Position numbers and translations under genes: made by a program. The notes beneath the pieces were generated by a model, which was not told the origin of the DNA, did no database searches, and saw nothing but the letters and a program-made list of their open reading frames with translations. 64,000 bases of DNA from a virus (lineage: Duplodnaviria > Heunggongvirae > Uroviricota > Caudoviricetes), in IMG/VR virus record IMGVR_UViG_3300031555_004162, positions 14,478 through 78,477 of that record; one strand, 5' to 3'. Every line of letters starts with the position of its first letter. The stretch's first letter is position 1. This document shows, in pieces, positions 47,563 to 56,522 of this stretch.

Positions 47563-50160
47563 TTAATTTATTTTATCGATTTTGTATATATAATTATGTT
47601 TAATTTCTTTATAAATATATTTCTCTATAATCGGATATATATATGTTTGAATATATAATAAATACAATAATTTGTAAAGTTTTTCATCACATGCATGTTC
47701 ACTATAATATCTAAATTTTGAATTTCTCATTTCATCAATAAATATATCTTTAATTTCATCATATCTTGTATGAGCAGTCTCAAAATTATTTATTACAAAA
47801 CATGTAGTTTCAATAAATGTTAAAAACCAATTTTCATTTTTAAAATCTTTATCATCAATATAAAATTCACCGTTATTCCACACATTGTGTTTTTTAGCAT
47901 ATGTCTTTATTTCATCTACAATATATCCTAATTTTTTAATATCTAAAGCTTCTCGTTCATTTATTTCTTCAATTGATGTATCACTATCAAATGATTCTTC
48001 ATAAAAAGATTTATCAACTTCATCATATGTTAATTCAGGATGAGTTACTAAATCACTTAATTTTGCAAATGTTCTTTTTGTAGATGGTCCACATACACAT
48101 CTGATATGAGTGGCATAATATAAGTCAATGTTTAATTTATTAGGCTTTATTTTATCATAATTGTCATTAAATAAATTAGATAGTTTTAAATACTCACCGG
48201 CCATTAAATATTTAGCGAACTGTTTAGCTCGTCTGTCAGTAAAATTTCTAACATTATTAATTATTTTCCAATGTGAAATAAGTTCTTTCCAATTATATTT
48301 AGAAATATCATCTACATACTGTGTAATTAATTGTTCTTCATAAAATTCTCTATCTGTTAAAAACTTATAAGCAATTTTAAAATATTTAATTAAATAACTA
48401 TAATCTAATGATGAATAATATCCAGTTGTGCTATCTCTTGAAGAACCAAATTGACCAATCTTTTTAGTATCTATAAAATACTTCATCCATATAGAATTCA
48501 TATATTCAAGATTAATAAATTCAGAAGTCTCTACTTCAAAATTAGCCTTATTTTTTCTTTCATTCCACCAATCGTCTTTTTTAACAGCTATAAAAATTCT
48601 ATCATTTTCAATAAGATTAATTTTATAAAGTCCAGAAGATACTTTACAATCTCTTGTAGTATTCAATTCTCCTCGAGCTCTATTGGCACTATATGTCTTA
48701 CCATTACTTTCTCGAATAGATTGAATAACTAAAATAGTATCTCCAACATGATTATATTCATTTATATTTTCTACAAAGTCGGCAAAATTTCCATATCTAT
48801 TATCATCTAACCAAGCATTTGCATAATTATGAATAATATATTTAGATGTAAATCTAATATCTACTTTTTCAGGTACAGTAAGTATTTCTCTATGTTCAAT
48901 TAGTCCTTGAACTACACTTAAAGCAAAATATCTCGAAACGGCTTCACCAATAGGAGTGTTAGGAGTTTTATCATTTTCATCTATTTGTTTTACTTCAGGT
49001 TTATATATTACATCTTCTATGAAAGATAATTTATGCTCATCCATATCAGTTTTGTCATTATCCCATTCTTCTTCAAGCCAACCCACATATAAATTTTCAC
49101 CATTTCTAACAACAAATCCAATTTTATTTCCATGCAACATATCGTATGACTCTAAAATATCATCATCACTGTTGTAAAAATAATTTTTATTTGTTTTAGA
49201 ACATCTAAAAAATGATATACATTTTAGTTGAGGACAAAACATTTCCATAACGGAATCCGAATATTTAAGTACTTCTTCTAAAAGTTTATAATTGCCTTCA
49301 ATATCATCAGTATATATACTCATGGTTTTAGCTAAATCTTCATTAAGATATAACATTTTTTGATTAAGCACTATAGGTGTTTCTTCTGATTCTTTTTTAC
49401 CTTCTCTTAATTGAATTAATTCTACAGTTTCACCTGCAAAACATCTAATAGAATAAATGTTTGTTTTCAACATAAAGATTTGCTGTTTTAATGCTTTTAA
49501 TTTTTCATTAAATTCAGCCATCTTTTCATCAAGTTCAGCTATCATTGCTTGTTTCTTAGCCTCAAGTAAATTCATCTTTTCATCTATTTCTTTTTGAATT
49601 TTGGCTAATTCATCAGTTTTAGCATTTTTTACATTTTCTATTTGTGATTTTAAATTATCCATTAATGTTGTTACTTTCTTTTGCTCACTTTTAACATCAT
49701 TAATAGATAAATTTGTAATTTCAGCCGGTAGTTTACTTTCGGTTGCAGGAGTATTTCCATTTATTAACATTCTCTTTACTTCATTTAATGAATACTGAGA
49801 ATAATCTGTTTCAGGTATAAATTCAACAAAATCTTCAAGAATAAATATAGATACTTTACCATAAGATACTACTACATATTTATCAATATGCATATCTACG
49901 TTCCATGTAAAATTATTTAATTTAATATATGCATCTACAGTTTTAGCATTATCATATCTTAATATATTAACTCCATCTGGTTTAGAATTACAATACTGTT
50001 TATTTAATATATTATCAATTGCTTTTGAAATAACTTGAGTATCTTTTTCATTCCATTTACCATAAAAATATTGCATATATTCATCGTTAAATTTTACAAC
50101 ATCAAAATTTTCAGATTGAATATACTCCAAATATTCATTAAGTTTGATATTAGATTTCAT
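47563..50160 (-). CDS. large hypothetical protein (865 aa) with central coiled coil
   Basis: Long uninterrupted ORF; residues ~150-250 are heptad-like K/E/L-rich; no catalytic motif recognised. Confidence 0.6.
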   Translation of the reverse strand: MKSNIKLNEYLEYIQSENFDVVKFNDEYMQYFYGKWNEKDTQVISKAIDNILNKQYCNSKPDGVNILRYDNAKTVDAYIKLNNFTWNVDMHIDKYVVVSYGKVSIFILEDFVEFIPETDYSQYSLNEVKRMLINGNTPATESKLPAEITNLSINDVKSEQKKVTTLMDNLKSQIENVKNAKTDELAKIQKEIDEKMNLLEAKKQAMIAELDEKMAEFNEKLKALKQQIFMLKTNIYSIRCFAGETVELIQLREGKKESEETPIVLNQKMLYLNEDLAKTMSIYTDDIEGNYKLLEEVLKYSDSVMEMFCPQLKCISFFRCSKTNKNYFYNSDDDILESYDMLHGNKIGFVVRNGENLYVGWLEEEWDNDKTDMDEHKLSFIEDVIYKPEVKQIDENDKTPNTPIGEAVSRYFALSVVQGLIEHREILTVPEKVDIRFTSKYIIHNYANAWLDDNRYGNFADFVENINEYNHVGDTILVIQSIRESNGKTYSANRARGELNTTRDCKVSSGLYKINLIENDRIFIAVKKDDWWNERKNKANFEVETSEFINLEYMNSIWMKYFIDTKKIGQFGSSRDSTTGYYSSLDYSYLIKYFKIAYKFLTDREFYEEQLITQYVDDISKYNWKELISHWKIINNVRNFTDRRAKQFAKYLMAGEYLKLSNLFNDNYDKIKPNKLNIDLYYATHIRCVCGPSTKRTFAKLSDLVTHPELTYDEVDKSFYEESFDSDTSIEEINEREALDIKKLGYIVDEIKTYAKKHNVWNNGEFYIDDKDFKNENWFLTFIETTCFVINNFETAHTRYDEIKDIFIDEMRNSKFRYYSEHACDEKLYKLLYLLYIQTYIYPIIEKYIYKEIKHNYIYKIDKIN

Positions 50161-50197
50161 TAGTAAATCCTCCTTTGTATAAGTATAATAGTATCAT

Positions 50198-50362
50198 TTA
50201 ATGAGTATTATCTACTATTATTTCACATACATTTGAAGGATAACTACTTCCAGCACAATACCAGCAATCATATTCTGGTTTATATAACCAAACACCATCA
50301 ACTACATTTGCTCCTACTTTCATAGAACCTCTAAACATTTTATAACCTTCACACGTTAACAT
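50198..50362 (-). CDS. small ORF (54 aa)
   Basis: ATG preceded by GAAGGA; has a CWYC pair. Confidence 0.3.
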   Translation of the reverse strand: MLTCEGYKMFRGSMKVGANVVDGVWLYKPEYDCWYCAGSSYPSNVCEIIVDNTH

Positions 50363-50644
50363 TTATTATTCCTTCTTTCAATTTTTGTATTATAATTATA
50401 TCAAATATAAATATAAATGTAAACAAAAAATTTATAATTATTTGCAAACTTATACATTTTTAACAAAAATCAAGAGTTGAATTGTAAAATGTATTCAACT
50501 CTTGATATATTATGATTAATATTTTTTTAATTCTCTTTTAAGTTTATTCACTATGTTATGATTTTCTTTCTTAGGTTGTCTACTTTCTAATAATGAAATT
50601 CTATTCATAATCATTAATTTTGTTTTCATACTTATACTCTCCTT

Positions 50645-50962
50645 TTATTCTTTATAAAAAATTAATTTATACACACAAGTATGTGTAGTTAATTTATCAA
50701 TATTTATGTCTTCTATTATTAATTCTATTCCCATATCTGCATATTGTGATATGAGTATTTTACCTATCTCCAACATGATATTTTGTATATCATCTATTTT
50801 TAATCTATAATTATCCAAATTAATAGTAAAAACATATGTGATTTGTCTTGATGATTTTAGGTTTACTTCTTTTTCATAATCTATAACATATTTATTATCA
50901 ACTATAAGTTGAAAATTCATAGGTATTTTTAATTTCTTAGGATTATAAAAATTTATTTGCAT
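50645..50962 (-). CDS. hypothetical protein
   Basis: Start trimmed to MQINF, giving a TAATATG junction with the upstream stop and GGAGAA 9 nt upstream. Confidence 0.45.
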   Translation of the reverse strand: MQINFYNPKKLKIPMNFQLIVDNKYVIDYEKEVNLKSSRQITYVFTINLDNYRLKIDDIQNIMLEIGKILISQYADMGIELIIEDINIDKLTTHTCVYKLIFYKE

Positions 50963-50963
50963 A

Positions 50964-51335
50964 TTAATCATTTCTCCATTCTTCACATTTGAATCCATTT
51001 AATCTTAACCAATTAGATACAAGATGTCTATGACAAAAATCTTCCGATTTTTCATAACAAATTAATGCAATATCATTTGATTGTTTGTCACATAATTGTT
51101 CTAATTCCATTACCACTTCTGAGGCATCCAGATTATCCAGAATTTCTTTTTTAAATTGTTCTATATAATAACCATTATCTTTATTTTTCTTCCATTCTAT
51201 AAAAAATTGATATTTAGGAGCCAATCTTTTATATTGTAATCCATCCCACCAATCTGGAGCTTTTCCACAAATAGATATTGGAATTATATTTTTAGGTAAC
51301 TTTTTTAAATTTCCAAAATAACTAGTATATATCAC
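50964..51335 (-). CDS. DUF488-like protein
   Basis: The ...ALICYEKSEDFCHRHLVSNWL segment resembles the DUF488 signature (C.E..p..CHR); GTG start with AAAGGAGA upstream. Confidence 0.4.
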   Translation of the reverse strand: MIYTSYFGNLKKLPKNIIPISICGKAPDWWDGLQYKRLAPKYQFFIEWKKNKDNGYYIEQFKKEILDNLDASEVVMELEQLCDKQSNDIALICYEKSEDFCHRHLVSNWLRLNGFKCEEWRND

Positions 51336-51349
51336 TCATATCATCTCCT

Positions 51350-51520
51350 TTAACATATATTTAAGATAATATAACTAATTATAAATATCAATCCAGTTAG
51401 TATATATGCTCCAATTGGTAAAAATACTAAACGTCCAAAATATGAATAATCATTTTTAAATACAAATATAAAACTTATTCCTATAATTAATAATATAACA
51501 CCAAAAATTAAAATATCCAT
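51350..51520 (-). CDS. small 2-TM membrane protein (56 aa)
   Basis: Hydrophobic ORF immediately downstream of the flotillin gene; its stop overlaps the RBS of the next gene. Confidence 0.35.
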   Translation of the reverse strand: MDILIFGVILLIIGISFIFVFKNDYSYFGRLVFLPIGAYILTGLIFIISYIILNIC

Positions 51521-51538
51521 TTCAACCCAACTTATTTA

Positions 51539-53116
51539 TTATTCATCAATATTATCTTCAAGATATGGATTTACTACTTCAGGAAGAGATTCCTTTTCAT
51601 CATTATTAATAACTGTATTATTTTCAGATGTACTTAATACACCTAAACCTTTAAGAGGTTCTGCAACTGCTTTAACGGCCTCTGAAACTGAATCATTAAA
51701 TGATTTACCATTAAGAGCATTATTAGAAACATCTAAATGTTTCATAAGAGTAGGAATTTGTGCAAGAGTATCAAATAATACATTGTTGCCCATACCTGTT
51801 CCTGAACCACCAATGTTTACAAATTCTGCATTCTTTCCAACTTCAGCCATTACAGTAGCCATATTTGTTGCAATCTGTACTCTTGCTTCATTTTCAATCT
51901 TAATTTTTTCAATTTCAAAATTAACCTTACCATTTCCTGCTCTTGCTTCAGCTAATGCTTTTTCACCTTCAGCTTCGGCAAGTTTTTTCGCTTTAATTGC
52001 TTCAGCTTCTGCAATACCTTGTTTAGTAGTAATTTCAGCTTGAGTTTCACCTTCAAGTTTTATTTTATTTGCATTAGCTTGAGCTTCTCTTTCAATTGCA
52101 TTTGCTTTACCAATAGCTTCTTGCTCTAATACTTTAGCTCTTGCTTCTGCATTAATAGTGGAAACGTTTGCTGTTTCTTGAGCTTTAATTTCCGCTTGAA
52201 CTTTTTCAGCTTCAGCTCTAGTTTTAATAACTTCCTTTTCTTTAATTGCGGCTAGATTAGCTTGTTCTTGTCTGACAACTTCAACTTTACCTTCTTGTGC
52301 AGCAACTTCTTGCATACGAATAGTTTTCTGAAGTTCACCTGCAATTGCAGCGTCTGCATTGGCTTTATCTGTTTCCGCTTTGAATTCGGCAATTTTTAAA
52401 TTATTATTTTTAGTTTTTTCAGCAATTTCAAGTTCTGTATCAAGTTCACTTTGTTTAGCTATTTTTTCTGATTCTGCATTTTGTTGTCTGATTTGCTGAT
52501 CAGCCATAGCTCTTACTTGTTCAGCTTCTTTTCTCTTTTCTTCTCTATCTTTAGCAGCAATATCTTCATAATAACCATTGTTATCTGTAACTTCACCTAT
52601 ATTAAGTGAGATTAATTTAAGACCCATATCTTTAAGTTCATCTGCAACAGCTTCTTGCACCGTTTGTTTAAACTGTTCTTTTTTAGTAGCTACTTCTTCT
52701 GGAGTCATAGTTGCAACAGTGCCAAGTACACATCCAGCCAATGTTCTTTTAACATCTTCTTTAATACCATCACTTTTACGTTCTTTAAAAGATACTATTG
52801 CTTTAGCAAGAACTTCAGTATCAGATGAATCAGGTCTAATTTGAGCAGTCCAATTAATAACGATAGGTACACCTGTCTTTGTCATAATTTCATCTTTATC
52901 AGCTGTAACAGTTAACATACATAAATCGAATGTATCTGCTCTTCTAAAAATAGGAATTACAAGTCCACCTCCAGAAACTTTATAGATAGGCTCTTTTCCG
53001 CCTGTTATTATTAATACTTTATCTACAGGCACTGTTTTATATATTTTACAAAGTAAAATAATAAAAGCCACAATAAATAAAATTATTACCCCACCGATTA
53101 TTAAATATTTTTCCAT
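51539..53116 (-). CDS. flotillin-like SPFH/band-7 protein
   Basis: N-terminal TM helix, an SPFH-like core (PIVINWTAQIRPD...), then long Ala/Glu-rich heptad repeats (AEAEA, EAEQ) typical of FloT/YqiK flotillins. Confidence 0.65.
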   Translation of the reverse strand: MEKYLIIGGVIILFIVAFIILLCKIYKTVPVDKVLIITGGKEPIYKVSGGGLVIPIFRRADTFDLCMLTVTADKDEIMTKTGVPIVINWTAQIRPDSSDTEVLAKAIVSFKERKSDGIKEDVKRTLAGCVLGTVATMTPEEVATKKEQFKQTVQEAVADELKDMGLKLISLNIGEVTDNNGYYEDIAAKDREEKRKEAEQVRAMADQQIRQQNAESEKIAKQSELDTELEIAEKTKNNNLKIAEFKAETDKANADAAIAGELQKTIRMQEVAAQEGKVEVVRQEQANLAAIKEKEVIKTRAEAEKVQAEIKAQETANVSTINAEARAKVLEQEAIGKANAIEREAQANANKIKLEGETQAEITTKQGIAEAEAIKAKKLAEAEGEKALAEARAGNGKVNFEIEKIKIENEARVQIATNMATVMAEVGKNAEFVNIGGSGTGMGNNVLFDTLAQIPTLMKHLDVSNNALNGKSFNDSVSEAVKAVAEPLKGLGVLSTSENNTVINNDEKESLPEVVNPYLEDNIDE

Positions 53117-53138
53117 AATTTATTAATCTCCTTTTTAT

Positions 53139-53309
53139 GTAACATATTTTTTAGTAACATCAACACCATTATCAAAAATGATATAATCTTTACTTTTGAC
53201 AATTGTTTTAAATAAATTTATATCTTCGTAGTTTTGTTTGCATTTTAAATTAGTTAACTCATATTCTTTATAATAAATTTCAAATCTAAATTTTTCCACA
53301 ACTAATATC
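53139..53309 (-). CDS. possible small ORF (GTG start)
   Basis: GGAGAT 7 nt upstream of a GTG; 56 codons; speculative. Confidence 0.2.
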
Positions 53310-53316
53310 TCCTAAT

Positions 53317-53592
53317 TTAATCTATAAAATCATGTATCATCTCAATATAAGGTAATGTGCAATTACAAACATTTATGGAATGTTTATTATATTGTTCACA
53401 CCCTATACAACACTTAGGAGTTTCGCCTGTATGCAAATATGAATTATTATTTAAAGGAATAAAATTGTCATTTATTGTTTTGATAATTTTAACTGAATAA
53501 TCTATTAACAATTGCTTTTCATTTTCCGTTTTATTGACTAATTCTTCATTTAAAGTTATTAAAATTTTATCTTTTACTTCATTAATATTCAT
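53317..53592 (-). CDS. Cys-rich protein
   Basis: CCIGCEQ...CNC. Confidence 0.45.
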   Translation of the reverse strand: MNINEVKDKILITLNEELVNKTENEKQLLIDYSVKIIKTINDNFIPLNNNSYLHTGETPKCCIGCEQYNKHSINVCNCTLPYIEMIHDFID

Positions 53593-53595
53593 AAA

Positions 53596-53865
53596 TTAAA
53601 TTCCTTTTACTTTTATATATTTATTAAAATTTTCATCTACATCAAAATGAGATTTTGCATCAAATTTAATATGATTCAATAACATACTTATTAATTCTCT
53701 TGCAATTACTTCACCATTAGGTATAGCTTTATAACTATATATTGTCTCATCATCGACATTAATATAATATTCACATTCGCCAATTGTCAAATAAATTCTT
53801 TTTATTTTAAAAATATTTATAGCGCTGAGTCCATTATTATAAATCAAATATGAATTTTCAAACAA
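53596..53865 (-). CDS. hypothetical protein
   Basis: 89-aa ORF. Confidence 0.45.
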   Translation of the reverse strand: MFENSYLIYNNGLSAINIFKIKRIYLTIGECEYYINVDDETIYSYKAIPNGEVIARELISMLLNHIKFDAKSHFDVDENFNKYIKVKGI

Positions 53866-53868
53866 TTA

Positions 53869-54369
53869 TTATTCCTCCTTAGATATAAAAAATTTTTCTG
53901 CAAGTTGTTTATATATTGCAGTTTTTCTATTTTTGTCGTATTTACAATACATTATTGCATCTACTAATGCTTCTTTATATATACTTTCTACATATAATAA
54001 TTTTTCAAATAACAACATTTTATCATTTTCTTCTAAATCAGTATTGTTTATAATTTGCAAATATTGTTCTTTATACTTACGTGTCTTAAAAGCATTTATA
54101 TCGCATGATTCATATTTATGAGGAACTATAGTTTTGCAATAATTATCTAATGAAATAATAAATTTTTTATAAGGTATGATTTCATATTTATTAATACTTT
54201 TAAGAGTATCATAAAATTCTTTAACTTCTAAATATGATTCATTATTACATTGGTTTAAATAACATACATTTAAGCCATTCAATATTTCATATAATTTATT
54301 TATACCATGTAATAATAATTCATTATTATGTTCTAAAATTCTTAATTTTAATTTACGTTTATTAAACAT
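53869..54369 (-). CDS. hypothetical protein
   Basis: 166-aa ORF. Confidence 0.45.
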   Translation of the reverse strand: MFNKRKLKLRILEHNNELLLHGINKLYEILNGLNVCYLNQCNNESYLEVKEFYDTLKSINKYEIIPYKKFIISLDNYCKTIVPHKYESCDINAFKTRKYKEQYLQIINNTDLEENDKMLLFEKLLYVESIYKEALVDAIMYCKYDKNRKTAIYKQLAEKFFISKEE

Positions 54370-54386
54370 TTAATTCACCTCCTTTT

Positions 54387-54788
54387 TTATAAACTTATGT
54401 TATTTGAAATAGCATTGCCTATGATAGTTAATGATTCAGGTGTCTTAACAAATGAATCAGTCATTAAATAATAATTAGAATTAAAATCTTGTAACACAAG
54501 CCCGTCCATATATACTGTAAATCCATCAAATTCAATTGGTCCTTTATAATATTTTACTATAAATTCACTCACTGAATCATCAAAATTCACACTTAATATA
54601 TCATTACTGAATATAGGAGATTTATTTTTATCAACTAATGATGTAATTTTACAAATATCATTTTCACTAACTGATATTTTATCATTTTCGGTTGTTAAAT
54701 AATATAATATACTTTCATCGTCTATTATTTTTTCATAATCTCCATATACCCATTCATTGTTAATATATGCTTTACAAGTAATATTCAT
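54387..54788 (-). CDS. hypothetical protein
   Basis: Start trimmed to MNITCKAY behind GGAGGAG. Confidence 0.45.
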   Translation of the reverse strand: MNITCKAYINNEWVYGDYEKIIDDESILYYLTTENDKISVSENDICKITSLVDKNKSPIFSNDILSVNFDDSVSEFIVKYYKGPIEFDGFTVYMDGLVLQDFNSNYYLMTDSFVKTPESLTIIGNAISNNISL

Positions 54789-54864
54789 ATTTTTTACTCC
54801 TCCATTAAACTTTATATATAATATAATTGTTTTTAAACGCATATATTATTTAAAAACAAAAAAT

Positions 54865-54897
54865 AAACCTCATTTTATATGAGGTTTATTTTTTTGG
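54865..54897 (-). terminator. rho-independent terminator closing the tRNA/ncRNA transcription unit
   Basis: aaacctcat-tttta-atgaggttt hairpin followed by a T-run on the minus strand. Confidence 0.5.
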
Positions 54898-55133
54898 ATA
54901 AATTGTAAGTGGATAACAGTTAGAGTCTTCAAGGTTTTAAGCCTTGAGCTATTGAGCATTAGCCGTATTTTTAACAAAGACTCATGTATAATGAATATTA
55001 TGTGAAAGAATAAGTATAGCAAAGTAAAAACCATAACTTATTTTAATACAAAAAATGGTTGTATGTTAAAACCACACAATGTTTATTTAGAAAGGAATGC
55101 AAAATAATGTATTTAAATCACATAATATTCATT

Positions 55134-55260
55134 TGGTCGGAATTAAGAGATTCGAACTCTTCTTAATAAATTAATTGTCAAATACAAAATTTTTAAAGGG
55201 GAAGTTTCATTTAGTATATTTTAATTTATTAAGTGTATAACCACTTTATACCTAATTCCG
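55134..55260 (-). ncRNA. aberrant tRNA-like RNA (127 nt). The acceptor, D and T arms are intact. In place of an anticodon arm there is a 13-bp stem with a ~46-nt loop
   Basis: 5' CGGAATT pairs perfectly with AATTCCG before A-CCA. D-arm is GTAT-AAAGTGGTT-ATAC, T-arm AAGAG-TTCGAAT-CTCTT. The central stem is CTTAATAAATTAA paired with TTAATTTATTAAG. Confidence 0.35.
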
Positions 55261-55427
55261 AAATACCGTGTTTTATAAATGTTAAGTACTATGCATTCAT
55301 ATTTTTATTTAAAGTATAAAAACATACACGGTGATGAAAAACTCCATTTTTTAAAGTAAAAAATATGTAAAACTCAGTTTATTCTATACTTGTAAAAGAT
55401 TTTCTTTGCGCAACCCGAAAACAGGTT

Positions 55428-55516
55428 TGGTGCAAGAGAAGGGATTCGAACCCTCAATTCCTCACGGACGACGGATTTTAAGTCCGTTGCATATACCAAA
55501 ATTCTGCCACTCTTGC
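55428..55516 (-). tRNA. tRNA-Leu (anticodon UAA), type II with long variable arm
   Basis: Acceptor GCAAGAG/CTCTTGC, anticodon loop CTTAAAA, T-loop GTTCGAATC, 3' ACCA encoded. Confidence 0.85.
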
Positions 55517-55689
55517 ATGTAAATCATAAGAATCACCCACTAATTATTAAATAATAACCACTACATTTATATTTAATAATTGCCCACTATCTTACATTAA
55601 ATCTCTAAAGATTCTACCCGTATGCTTTATTAATTAAAAAAGTTGAACAGAAAAAATGAAACAAAGCTATTCATATTACTATGAATATT

Positions 55690-55763
55690 TGGCTGGGGTA
55701 AATGGAATCGAACCAATACTCTAAGAATCAAAATCTTATGTACTACCGTTATACTATACCCCA
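55690..55763 (-). tRNA. tRNA-Gln (anticodon UUG)
   Basis: Acceptor TGGGGTA/TACCCCA, U8, D-arm GTAT/GTAC, anticodon stem TAAGA/TCTTA with loop TTTTGAT, T-loop TTCGATT, 3' GCCA; 74 nt. Confidence 0.85.
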
Positions 55764-55776
55764 ATATATTAAATAT

Positions 55777-55897
55777 TAAAGGTTGAAAATATATTAAATA
55801 ATTAAGAAAAGAGGATTTACCAGGAACTCAATTCTGGTAAAAAGGTAAATGTTATACTTTCGGAAAATTATTCGAAATGAATATTTTCAACCTTTAA
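55777..55897 (-). ncRNA. inverted-repeat-bounded structured element (possible sRNA)
   Basis: Perfect 16-bp arms taaaggttgaaaatat / atattttcaaccttta enclose about 88 nt that contain an internal taccag/ctggta hairpin; no ORF. Confidence 0.3.
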
Positions 55898-55992
55898 TAA
55901 TTTAAACTAAGTTTAATTTATTCCATCTTATATTTATTATAATAGTTTAACTCTAAAGTTATTATTTATTTTTATGATTTTTTTACGATTTT

Positions 55993-56511
55993 TTATGATC
56001 TTTTATATAAACCTAATTCTTCCATTCTTTTTGATATTAATTTTTTACAAGAACTTAATAATTCCTGAGCAATATCCATTTTTTGAGAAATAATTTTAAC
56101 TGATCGTTTCCATGTAGTTTCCAATAACATTTCTTCTTTTATTGCTAATTCAGCACCTGATTTTTTATCAGCGATAGTACCTTCTTGTATAATAAATGCT
56201 TCGTTATAATTAGTTTGCTTTATTATTTTAGATAAATCTTCTTTAATACCAACTTTCATCAATACATTATTAAGTTCGTATATTAATATAGGCAATCTAA
56301 TAATTAATTTCTCTAATTCTTTGTCAGATATTTCATAATTTTCTTTATTTATCTTCTTATGCATTATATTCATAAGTTCATCTAATTCTAAAGTAAGCTC
56401 ATTTATACGATCTATTATGGTTTTACCTATTATAGATTCTGCATGTTCTAATAACTCATCGCAATTTTGTAATTTAATTTCACTAATAATGTCTTTTAAA
56501 AAATCGGCCAT
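55993..56511 (-). CDS. hypothetical protein
   Basis: 172-aa ORF. Confidence 0.5.
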   Translation of the reverse strand: MADFLKDIISEIKLQNCDELLEHAESIIGKTIIDRINELTLELDELMNIMHKKINKENYEISDKELEKLIIRLPILIYELNNVLMKVGIKEDLSKIIKQTNYNEAFIIQEGTIADKKSGAELAIKEEMLLETTWKRSVKIISQKMDIAQELLSSCKKLISKRMEELGLYKRS

Positions 56512-56522
56512 AATTATTTCCT

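Noticed and set aside
51900-52450. Repetitive nucleotide pattern (gcttc(a/t)gc..., agc ttc) that could be mistaken for a tandem repeat or CRISPR-like array
   Set aside because: It is the coding sequence of the Ala/Glu-rich heptad repeats of the flotillin-like protein. The repeats are imperfect and in frame, there are no spacer/repeat units, and there are no cas genes.
54896-54990. Possible third standard tRNA: the minus-strand sequence contains AAGG-CTTAAAA-CCTT, identical in loop to the tRNA-Leu anticodon loop
   Set aside because: No acceptor stem, D-arm or TTCGA-type T-loop can be built around it. It is probably a small hairpin in the 3' trailer of the tRNA operon.
54980-54996. Plus-strand extended -10-like box TGTATAATG
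   Set aside because: No plus-strand ORF or RNA gene lies downstream. Isolated TATAAT-like strings are expected by chance in DNA this AT-rich.
55134-55260. Idea that the ~60-nt insertion in the tRNA-like RNA is an archaeal-type (bulge-helix-bulge) intron removed by an endonuclease and sealed by the phage RtcB
   Set aside because: No splicing endonuclease homologue is visible and no bulge-helix-bulge geometry exists. The insertion is a perfect extended stem instead. Bacterial and phage tRNA introns are group I and far larger. Kept only as a remote possibility.
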